Shown here: one piece after another, positions 37,501 through 49,500 of the stretch
How positions within the stretch are numbered: the first letter of the stretch is position 1
How the letters are laid out: every line of letters begins with the position of its first letter
NCBI GenBank assembly: GCA_905178155.1
Contig: CAJINV010000016.1
Location: 372,001 to 436,000 of the forward strand
Origin: Amoebophrya sp. A120
Lineage: Eukaryota > Protista > Dinoflagellata
Direction of reading: 5' to 3'
DNA: 64,000 nt
Program-made: the position numbers and the translations under genes
The notes under the pieces: generated by a model
Databases searched by the model: none
What the model saw: the letters and a program-made list of their open reading frames with translations, nothing else
What the model was told of the DNA's origin: nothing

Positions 37501-40500
37501 CACGCGGTGACATGAAGTCGATGTCGCGCAGATGTTGACCAGTTGTGGCCGCGCCGACAGCCGCCGCTGGGAGGTTGTTCAGCCGTAACGGATCCACACG
37601 ACCAGTTCCAATCCCATTTGGCTGCTGCTCTCCACCACTGCCACTCGAAGATGAGGATGTTATCTGTGACTGCTTGCTGCTGTGGTTACTTGTTTTCGCT
37701 TTCCCCCTCCGTGCCAAAGTGATATCCGCCAGGCATTTCTCTGAGTAGCCCTCGGAGGGTAACTGCACCAGGCAATCCTTCAAATCGATGAAGTACTTTG
37801 TGAAACTTTTCCGATCCCGGTCCAAACACTCCTCCGTCATAGGCGGTGGGGAATAACCCGGTGGGGCGAAGAATTCCAGCAAGTTATCAAAAGGAAAAAT
37901 CCCCCCTCCCCATATCAAAAACAAAATTTGTGTTGCTGTATTTGAGTACACAAATCGTTGTGTATTGCGAGAAGGCCAAGAGGCGCAGTCGCTCCCTCGT
38001 TTGGAGGCAATTTGTCATGCTATTTCCCGTTTCCAGTTGCTTCCTGTCATGCTGAAGACGCAAGGCGTCCCTGCGCCAGCCAGCACTACAGTCCGCATCT
38101 CTTCCCTTCTAGCATCACAAAGCTGATTTGTGACCACAAATCTGAATCACAGATTTCCGTTTTGACATGGGGAGGGGGCATTTTTCATTGTAATACAAGT
38201 CTGCGTAAGACCAGTACATGTGGGGGTGGAAGTGAAGAGACAGTCTAGATAAAACCAGCGTTAGTTCGAAGAGGTAGAGGGTTGACCAGGTGGAGGAGTT
38301 TGATGCTGGGGGTGAGACCGGAGTTGAAGGTGCTGCTTGCGCTCTACTTGTGCCGTCTGAAGTTGTTCCGGGTGCAGCAGCGCTCGCTGTACTAGATGCG
38401 GCCCCACCACCGCCACTGTCGCTGTGCCCGATCTTTTTCTGGTCCAACACCAACAGCAAACAGCCAGAATCTGCCCAGGTGTTTTTGTCCACTTGTTCAA
38501 AGATCGCGTTTTTTTTCCGGAAGAAATTCACGGGGATCTTGTACTTCTGCTTCACTAATTGCTGTTCTTGCTCGTGCTTTTTCTCCAGTAACTCTTGCGG
38601 GGACACCTGTTTGTAGTTCGCCGACATGAGATTTTGCCGAAATTTCTCCCTCACGTGCTCCTCAATCAAGTAGATACTTGAAGACGCCGAGGAGGAGAAC
38701 AAGGACCTCTGTCCCTCCACCGCGGGCTCCTTAAACGCGGTCGGACGGCGCTGGTTCGCCGGGTTTGTTGTCGAGGTTTGTTGATAGTTGTTTTGCTGGT
38801 GATTTTTTTGGTATCTCTGCTGAGACGAAGAGCTAGACGAGCCTCCGCCCATGTTGGTGGCGGCTGTTCCCCTAGAAGTTCTACCGCGATGAATGTGATC
38901 TCGGTCCTCTGCGAAGGTTCTCCTTTCAAACTGCGGCTCGACGTAGCCACCAGAGAATTGCTGCTGCTGCTGTTGGTGAAGAGGACCTCCTGGGTTCATC
39001 ATACCTCCCGGCGCAGAAGAATTTTGCTCCGCAAACCGAAACTCGCAGGGGGCCAAGGCGTTGGTGGAAAAAGTTGTCATGCTGTTCACACTTGTTGTAC
39101 AACTTCTACCGCCTTTATCCACTTGCAAGATTTCGTCCTCCTCGAGCAAAAGGTCAAAGTCCACCACATTTCCCTTCATCACGTAGTCTTCGTTCGCCAC
39201 ACAGCAGTACAATTCTTCATCCGGTTTCTGATACGTGAACCGTCTTGGTAGCAGTTCCGCCCGTAAGGGCACCCACCACGGCTCCGCTAAGTACTCCACC
39301 GATTGCTTCGAATTATTCTCCACTGGTCTCTCCCCTATCGCCCGGAGGTCTCGGCCCAATAACCCAACACGGAAAGCCCCGGTGGCGATCGCCACGTACC
39401 GTGCTTCCACTGCGCCCACACCGATCCAGATGTTCTTCAAATGATGGTTACTATCGGAGGAGGGTGTTGTATTAATTGCGGTTTGTGTTGCTGCTCCTTG
39501 CTGCTGTTCTGTTGACGAAGATGGTGCTGCAGTAGTTGCAGCAGCTTCCACCGGCGGCAGAACTTCCAACCACACGCTTTTCACGTAAACGGAGACACCT
39601 AAGGTTGAAAAATGCGACTCTTCAATTAAGCTCGTGATTCTCTTAACTGGGTCGTATCTTTTCCGCATCAGTTGGTTCAGATATGCGGAGTTCCCGAAGC
39701 TCGTCGCGAAGTGATCAAACGACTCGACCAAAGACAACAAGGTCTTGCTGTCAAAGTGGAGCACTAACGGGTTCGCGACCACGTCAATTTCCGTTCCGGA
39801 TGGCTCTAGTAATGGATTAATATTCTGGATTTCCTCTTTGATTTCCCCCCTAGAAGATGAGGAGTTATTATTTCCTCCCGCGAAAGCACCCATCTGCGCT
39901 TGCCTCTGCCTCCGTTCCCGCTGCTTTTTCTGCTGCTCGAAGATCGACTGGCGGTTGTTCATTCCAGATTTATTATAGCGGTTTCGGTTATTTTGTTGGT
40001 GTTTGGGGAAGAAAAACTTTTGCCCCAGTTCCTGCACGTGCTCGAAGAGAGAGCCGGGTCTGTTCACGCCTTGGCCCGCGAATCTGGCGGCTAGACCGGA
40101 CGGGAGAGAGATTTTCGTCCAGCCGGAATCAGCGTTGACATCGGTAGCTTTGTCGTGATCTGCGGGCGGCGGTTGTTCTTCTTCATCTACTACGTTAGTA
40201 GCTCCTCCCTCCGAGAATTTCAAAACGCGCAAATCCCTTGTAAATCCTCTCACGACGATGGCGTCCTGCGTCCCCTCCTGGGACACGATCCTGGCCCCCT
40301 TTTGCGAGATCGGGATGCCGAATTCGCGATCGACTTCTTGAGTAGTAACGAGAACCGTTGCACCAGTTCCTGGGGCCGCTACTACTTGCTGCGCACCACC
40401 GCCTTGCGTCGTTGTGTCTTGTTCCTCTTTGCTACTAGTTGCACTTGAAACGTCTTCCTCGTAGTAAAAGCAGGAAATTTTCCCCGACGACAGTTTCCAG

Positions 40501-43500
40501 GATTCCGTGAAATAATCTATCCCGCCCGGAGGAGTTTTATTCGCCGATCCACCACTTCGCTGTGGTGAAGCTGAAGAAGAGCTACTTCTAGAACCACCGC
40601 TAGTACTCCCACCACTCTTTGTTCCCCTTTATCCTGTGCAAAAGCATCGCACTCGTAGTAATTGCATTCATGCATTACAAATCTTTTTCTTGACGTAAAT
40701 CCGCATTAGAAATTCCATTTCCCATGCTGAGGAAGTTTGTAATGCAGCTACTACTAGTACCATGCTTTTGCAGTTCATACCCCTGCACTCACGACAATGT
40801 CCGGCAACTCCAACCCGAGCGTGCACAATCGGCCGCGAGGCTTCCCCAGCCTTAACCTCAGCTCAAACTTCTGCAGCTCCGTGAAAATTGCGTAGTTCTC
40901 TTTGTTGTCGGCCTGTTCTATCCCCGTGAAACTCCGGTTCAGCCGCCGCGAGTAGGTGGTTTCCGGGAGAAATCCGGGCCGCGGGATCTTCGCGTTAGGT
41001 GCTGGATAATTACTTGATGTAGTGTAGTTTGCGCCTGGTTGTTGTACACCGCGCGACGAACTGGAACTTGCTGGCCCGGTGCCGACTCTTGGACCACCAC
41101 TTCCGGAAGCTCCTGCTGCAGCTGATGCTCCGGAACTGCCCGCCGCCTGTTCAGCCGCCACACTACCACTTCCGGACTTCGTGTTGCACCGGGACAGTAT
41201 CACGGACAGACACTCGATGCTCCTGGGGCACAAATCCAGCACCACTGGATACGGCGCGACCTGCAGCTTCGCCTCCTTTTTATGAATATTGATGGAGAAG
41301 GCGGAAGGGTATGAATGGTCAGCACTGCCGGAACTATTTCCACCGGAATTATACCCGAAAAACCGCGCGTTCATCGACTTCACAGCGGACGGGGTGCTAC
41401 TGACAGATGAAGATAACGACGGAACTTCCTCGTTGGAGGAAGAAGTGGAGGAGGAGAGCGATTTGGTTTTCTTCAAATAATTCGTCCCGCTGTCACTGTC
41501 CTGATTTATCGCTAGAAAAAACTGTTTCACTGTAAACTTGTGATGCATAGCACGGAACGCAAATGCGTTTGTCTTTCTACACATGCAAGACATTGGATTT
41601 TTAGCTGTGTTTTCCCTTAGAAAGCACGCATGCCAAGTTTTCTTTGTCATGTGTGACAAACTTGTGATGCAAATCTTGCAAAATCATCACAGTGAAACAC
41701 TTTTTTCGTGCGATATGATTGCTCTCGGTGGTATTGAGCTCGATTTCCGTGTCGGTTTTGATTGTATCGGACAACGAACTATCAAGTGTAAAAATGTCGG
41801 GGTCTGGAAGGTTGCAACTTGTCATGCTGATTTTGGATTCTAAAAAAATCTGTATTACATGAGCAGCAAAGAGAGTCCAAGTTTTGCTACATGGAAAGAG
41901 CATTTGTCATGCGGTATAGGCATCAGGAAGCCCTCACAAAATCTGTGATGCTAGGGCATGCATCACAGACATCAGGAGTCATGCAAAATATGCATGACAA
42001 ACCTGGCATTCTTCCAGACCCAGACATTTTTACATTTGATAAGAACCTGTACTGGATGAACTATTCGTCGCATTCAATCCTGGGATCAAGTTACTTTCAC
42101 CCTTTTTCCCGATATCCCTGTCCCTGACCGGGTCTCTCCCACATTCCAAAATCCGTTTTCTCCCGTCCTTCGTTCCGTCGCAAAACGTCAGCCGCTGCAG
42201 ATTCCCGACCCAATCTCCCCGGCGCGGTTTGGAAGACTCCGGCATCACGATCCGCATGTCTTCGAGCTGTTCTGGTTCAGGGTTGAGGGAAGATTTGGAA
42301 TTGGAAAGTTCGTTGGGCGGGGTTGTCGGCGACACACCTTGTTGTTCTTCTGTCACCAATCTCGGACTGCCGCCAAACATCCGGCCGAAAAAGCCAGGTG
42401 CGGCGGCCGGTGCAGGGTTTTTTTCTTTCGTGTAGTTTTCCTCACCTGCAGAAGGGTCAGCGTCGGATATTTCCTTATCCTTACCCACCTCACGCCCGTC
42501 TACTCTGTTGCTTGCTCTACTTTCACTCCCATCCGTTGCTTGCGCGGAGGTGGAGGCTGGGTGTTCGCCGCTCAAAATTTGCGTTCTTGGCTCCAATCCT
42601 GTCTGCACCACGCCAAAAGAGTTCATTGTAGTCGCAGTCGCAGCCCCTTGCATAACGACCTGATCCCGCACCAACGCACGCATTTTCTCCGCTAGTGTTT
42701 CCACGGATTGATCAGCGAAAAACTCGATTTCCAAATCCACCACGGACGTTTCCAGATTGAAATCATTCTCATCTAATTCCTCGTCGGTTGTTTCCTCTAA
42801 AATGGATTCCTCCTTTGATTTTTTCGTACCAAGCGACTCCGACTCTATCGTCTCCGTGTCGACCGATTGCACGTCGGGGGAGAGCGGAACCGGGCGGGAA
42901 GTGTCGTAGGTGGTTTGGGGATCATGATCATTTACTACATGATCGACGTCTTTATTTGTAGTGGCTGCTGCTGGTGCAGAGGAGGGGGAAGCTCCTTCGG
43001 CATCATTTTGACCTCCGGCAACCGAAGATAGCCGCTCGGTAAGTTGCTCGGCGATATTTTGAGGTGCGGACGCTAATGTCGCCTGGGCTGTCTCTGCGGG
43101 TTTGAGATTCATTTGATCATGTTGTTCGTCTCGTCTCTGATGCGTAGTACTCGTTGCCGACGAGCTAGAGGACGACGAAGCTCCTGCTTGAGCGGATCCT
43201 GCTGGTGGCCTGTCGAATCCAAGAAACGGCAGTGGTATGTTGTCCTCACTGTCGTGGTCTCCAGAAATTATTGGTGCGCCACCAGCTGCTGATGTCGATG
43301 TCGTTCCACTTTTTGTTACAGAGCCGAAGTTCGCATCGTCTTCGATTTTAATCTCGCCGAACACCGTGGTCGTTGGCAGGTTTAGGTTGGTGCTGCTTGG
43401 GCTGCTGGTCGGGAACTCCGGTATGGAAGTGCCGAGAATAGCGGTGCTCTTATTTTGACTCGTGGACCCAGTTTCTTTTCACAGCCGAGTGCATCCCACT

Positions 43501-46500
43501 TTGTGGAGAATTTCTGGAGCTCATGGCCCAGACACTCCAGAAATTCGAAACAGGTCGTGGAACAGAAAAAGACGTTGTTTTGTTTTCACAAAAGCAAGAA
43601 AGCAAGTTTTTTTTCTCCACGAGGGTACGGAATTCTGGAGAATTTCTGGAGCTCATGGCCCAGACACTCCAGAAATTCGAAACAGGTCGTGGAACAGAAA
43701 AAGACGTTGTTTTGTTTTCACAAAAGCAAGAAAGCAAGTTTTTTTTCTCCACGAGGGTACGGAATTTCTGGAGAATTTCTGGAGCTCACGGTCCAGCCAC
43801 TCCAGAAATTCGAAACAGCTCGCGGAACAGAAAAAAACGTTGTTTTCTTTTCACAAAAGCAAGAAACCAAGTTTCTTCTTCCACGATGGTACGGAATTTC
43901 TGGAGAATTTCTGGAGCTCATGGTCCAGCCACTCCAGAAATTCGAAACAGCTCGTGGAACAGAAAAAGACGTTGTTTTCTTTTCACAAAAGCAAGACAGT
44001 AGTTTTTTTTCTCCACGAGGGTACGAAATTTCTGGAGATGAGTTTCTAGAACTCGTAGTCTAGACACTCCAGAAATTTAAAACAGGCTGTGGAAGAGAAA
44101 GAGAGGAACGTTTCTTGTTCATGTTCTGCGACATCCGAGTACAACCACTAAGTACGTAAGAGGACCGCTTAACAAGAGCACCTAAGATTTCTCCCATTCC
44201 ATACCGACGAGCTCTCCGCTGCTCGACGAGCATGACTCTAACCCGTTATCCCTGTCTTCCATCATGCTTTGGAACATGGCCGCCTCGTTATGAACTGCAA
44301 AAGAATCGTACTCGTATAAATGCATTACAAATTTTCTCAGCATAAGTAATAAAATTTGTCATGCTGATTTACTTTAAGAAAAAAATTTGTAATGCAAGAC
44401 TTGCATTTATACGAATGCGATACTTTTGCAATGCATACTCGTCCGCATCCTGCAAATTCACACGTGGTCCAGCAGCATTTGAAGTCGCAGTTGTAGCCGG
44501 GCTGCTGTTCGACGCTGTTGAACTAGCAGCACCAACACCAGTCCCTTCACTTATCACCGACTGAAACATGTCCGCCCCGTAAGAATCACTCTGCTCCAAG
44601 GGCGGTGGAAAAGATTGTTGCAACTCAACTGGAGACGCAAACACCGGTTTTGTTGTTGTACCCGCCAGGACACTCGCTTTCGTGCTTTCGTTTAAAACAG
44701 AATGAAACATCGCGTTTTCCTCCTCCTCTTCCCGGTTGACGATGGTTCTGAATTTTTGCAGATCCGCTTGCACGGTTTCCGACAGATTACCGGCCGGGTT
44801 TTTGAATTCCTTTTCCAAGGGGAATCGGTACCGGATGTTCTGGTCCGTGTTCGCATGCTGTTCGAGAAAAACTTCGTCCGGCTCCCGGGCGACCCGAAAG
44901 TTGAAAAACGCGTCAATTGAAGAAAGCTCCGCCGTTATCGAGGTTTGATTCGCCGAATGAACTTGTTCAGAATTAGAGCCAGTTTGATGGTGTTGGCCGT
45001 AGTTGTGCTGATTTGAAGATGTCGGGGAAAAGGCGCCAGATCTACTAGACGACGGTCCATTTATTTTTGCAGCAGCTGCGTCAACACCTTCGTCTTGCCG
45101 GTCTGCGATACAGACTCCCATTCTCCCAATGTTCACCTCGTAGTTCGTGTAGGGTAAGACGCTGTTAATCGGCGGCGGCCCGTTCAACACCTTCCCGGAG
45201 CCGAATTCCAAGTGGTTCCACGGGTTGACGAACTGCACCCGCTCTGCCAAAACGAAGAAGTAGCTCTGTCGATCCACTTGTAGGTTGATTTTCAAGCAAC
45301 GGGTGAAGGAAGTTGGTTGGTTGTTCTGCTTGTTGCTAGTATTTCCGGCATAATTATTACTCTTCATCTGATCAACATTGCCACCTGTTCCTTTCGAACT
45401 ACCGGTATCAAAACGAAAAATCCCCCCACCCCATATCGAGAAGGTATGTTTCCGGAGATTTGTGTTGCTGATTTGAGGCCACAAATCACACTTGTCTTGC
45501 AAGAAGACAAGGGCAGAAGCTTACGCCCCATTAGGGCAGCGATTTGTCATGCTGTTGGCCCTAAAAGTGAGCCGCTTGCCATGCTCCTGAACAACTGGAC
45601 CCATAGGCCCCTACCTAGCCTAGGAATCTGGCCAAAGTGCCTCTCTGCAATACAAACCTGATTTGTGTACACAAATCCAGCATCAGAAATTCCGTTTTGA
45701 TATGGGGAGGGGGGATTTTTCCCTTCGATAACCGGATTTTCTTCTTTTCTTCCCCTTCGCCAAAACTTTCGTTGCCGCGTGCACGTCTTGCTCGGATATC
45801 AGGTTGTTTGCGTTGTTGTTCATGCTGTTGCTCACGCCATCTTCCTCGCTGCAGTTGTCCTCCAAGATCGATTCTGTCTCAAACAGCGCGTACAGCTCGT
45901 ACCAAAAATTCCGGCTGGGTTTCGGCTCGATGAATGAGTGAAAAAGCTCCGCGTCCTGCTGCGCTTCTTTCGTTTGCAGGTAGTGCTTGTTTTTGTGCAG
46001 CTGCTGCTGGAGTCGTAATTGCTCCCGTAACGCGGACTGCTGGGAGCCGAACGTGAGGAACTCGGAAGATCTGCGCACGTTCCACAGGGACAGAATCGCG
46101 TGGAGACCCGCGATGTGGAGATCGACCTTGTAGATATTGCGTTGACGACACCATTGAGGAAGTTTCAGGCAAAGATTTTACTTGTTGCACATAACATTCC
46201 GATTCCGTTTATGATTATGCATGACAATGGCAAATAAATATGAAAACCAAAGAACAAACCTCCATTTCCATCTTCATATTCTCCCCATCTAGATTCTTCC
46301 GCACGACCAGCGACAGCGGCTCCGCTTTGTCGGTTCGCAAGATCAAATCTTCCTTCAGAACCGGTGCTCGGTCGAGAACCAGCGAGTCTGCGATGGCGTT
46401 TTCCTGAAAATTTGACGTTGATTTGGTCGGGACGAATTGAATCGCAACATCCGCAATCTGGATCCGACGCTCCTCCTCGCAAGTTGTGTCGGATACAGAT

Positions 46501-49500
46501 GAGTTTTTTTTCCTACTTCTTCCATCCCGGTTGATGTTTTATCCTGAGTAAAAACGTACCCACACCAGAGTCAGGATGGGGATTTTGCAACACAAACCTA
46601 GGAGTTTTGTGAGTCACGCATGACAAGTTGCGCTCTGCAGTGTAGTGCAGGTTAGCAAGTGCAGCGGCGTCACAGATTCGTCTGCTCATCGTGTTCACAG
46701 CATCACAAATTCCAAAACACAATTGGAAATGGCTCTCATGGGGATGCGCATTACAAGTCTTCCTGTCTTTGCAAATCTGCATTACAACTCTGGTGTGGGG
46801 ACGTTTTTACTCAGGATATGTTTCTTTCGGTGTTTCTTTGCGCGGAAGAATCGGCGAAAACCAAATATCAAATGTAAAAATGTCTGGGTCTGGAAGAATG
46901 CAACTTGTGATGCTGCATGTGGATTCCAAAAATATCTGTATTGCATGAGCACGAAAGGGAATGCGATTTTTGCTACGCGGAGAGGGCATTTGTCGTGCGG
47001 AACAGGCATCAAGATTCCCGCAAAACGTCTGTGATGCTAGGGCATGCATCACAGACATCATGGCTCATGCAAAGCGTGCATGACAAGTGTCGAAATCTTC
47101 CAGACCCAGACATTTTTGCAATGCATACCAAAGCAGAGGAAACAATGATCTGCAAGGCGTAGGGGTAGTAGGAGGGAGCACCTGTAGTTCTTGAGTTCTT
47201 GTTGTGTGATTTATTCCGTCGAAGTTGAGTACTTAGAAGCAAACGAAAAGAGAAAGTGAAAGACATTTGTGTTGCATGAAACTGAAAGTAACGACCAACA
47301 ATTAATACAAACGGCCATCCTGTACGACGTAGCCCCGACGAGAGTCTGCAAATCGATGAAAGTGCAAGAGTAAAGCTTCAAGCGATGATCATTCTTCCGC
47401 AGAAAGCTATTCTGCATGCTGCTGCGCACTTTGGGGGGGCGTTTGTAAAATTACAAACGGGCACCAGTGGCACAAGAAGGTGCAACAAACACGGCGGGAC
47501 TCCAGAAAATCCCAAAACATTGGCAGTCTACGCGAAAAATTGCCCAAATCACAATAAAAACACAATCCCGATGGCAGAGCGCGTTTTTCCTCGTTTACAA
47601 ACGGCCGTTTGTAAAATACGAACGGCCATCCTGTACAACGTAGCCCCGACGGCAGTCTGCAAATCGAGAAAAGTGAAAGAGTAAAGCTGCAAGCGATGAC
47701 CATTCTTCCGAAGAAAGCTATTCTGCATGGTGCTGCGCACTTTGGGGGGGCGTTTGTAAAATTACAAACGGGTGCCGGTGGCACAAGAAGGCGCAACAAA
47801 CACGAAGGGACTCCAGAAAATCCCAAAACATTGGCAGTCTACGCGAGAAGTTGCCCAAATCGCGATAAAAACACAATCCCGATGGCAGAGCGCGTTTTTC
47901 CTCGTTTACAGACGGCCGTTTGTAAAATACAAACGACCATCCTGTACGACGTAGCCCCGATGGGAATCTGTAAATCGATAAAAGTTCAAGAGTAAAGCTT
48001 CAAGCGATGGCCATTCTTCCGAAGAAAGCTATCCTGCGTGCTGCTGCGCACTTTGGGGGGGCGTTTGTAAAATTACAAACGGGCACCGGTGGCACAAGAA
48101 GGCGCAACAAACACGGCGGGATTCCAGGAAATCCCAGAACGTTTGCAGTCTACGCGAAAAATTGCCCAAATCACAAGAAAAACACAATCCCGATGGCAGG
48201 GCGCGTTTTTCCTCGTTAACAAACGGCCGTTTGTAAAATACAAACGGCCATCCTGCACGACGTAGCCCCGACGGGAGTCTGCAAATCCATGATGAAAGTG
48301 CAAGAGTAAAGCTTCAAGCGATGGCCATTCTTCCAAAGAAAGCTATCCTGCATGCTGCTGCGCACTTTGGGGGGGCGATTGTAAAAATACAAGAGAAAGT
48401 GACGCTGTGAGACCCAGAAATCAATGGATTCCGCTCGGGCAAGGTCGTTTAAGGTTTCCCGGGAAACCTTCGGCTTAGCTCGTGCTAAAGTGTGTTGCAA
48501 TGCAACCGAAAACGCGGCGCGCGCAAGGACTCCGCTGCTGTTTGTTTGCACAACCGCGCCGCGTCTGCGTTGCAGTCTCGTGCGCCCAGATCGCCACAGT
48601 CGGCTGCGGATTGCGAGCAACCTGGCGGCCCCGGCAAACCGGCGCACATTTTCGCAGAGGATCCCGCAGAGGATTCCGCAGAGGATTCCAAAATCCTCTC
48701 AGGAATCCTCTGGCCCAAGTTGAGCCGTCCCCCGCGCCCTTTCCCCGACGGCAGTGCCTCGATTTCGGGGGAGGATTCCGCAGAGGATTCCTGAGAGGAT
48801 TCCAAAATCCTCTCAGGAATCCTCTGGCCCAAGTTGCGCCGTCTCTCGCGCCCTTTCGCCGACGGCAGTGCCTCGATTTCGCGGGAGGATTCCACAGAGG
48901 ATTCCTCAGAGGATTCCAAAATCCTCTCAGGAATCCTCTGGCCCAAGTTGCGCCGTCTTCCGCGCCCTTTCCCCGGCGGCAGTGCCTCGATTTCGGGGGA
49001 GGATTCCACAGAGGATTCCGCAGAGGATTCCGCCGAGGATTCCAAAATCCTCTCAGGAATCCCGTGGCCCAAGTTGAGCCGTCTTCCGCGCCCTTACCCC
49101 GGCGGCACTACCTCGATTTCGCGAGAGGATTCCGCAGAGGATTCTGCAGAGGATTCCAAAATCCCCACCCTCAGGAATCCTCTGGCCCAAGTTGGCCCGT
49201 CCCTCGCGCCCTTTCCCCGACGGCACTGCCTCGATTCCGGGCGCGGATTCCACAGAGGATTCCGCAGAGGATTCCGAAATCCTCTCGGGAACCCTCTGGC
49301 CCAAGTTGAGCCGTCTTCCGCGCCCTTCCCCCGGCGGTATTGCCTCGATTTCGGAAGAGGATTCCTGAGAGGATTCCAAAATCCTCTCCGGAATCCTCCG
49401 GCCGGATTCGCGCCGTCCTTCGCGGTCTTTCCCCGCCGGCACAGCGTCGATTTCGGGCACCGCGGCAAACCGGCGCACATTTTGGAAGATTTTGGAACGC

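Noticed and set aside
43504-44100. CRISPR-like array (hairpin repeat at regular spacing)
   Set aside because: Intervening sequences are near-identical rather than unique spacers; no cas genes; eukaryotic context
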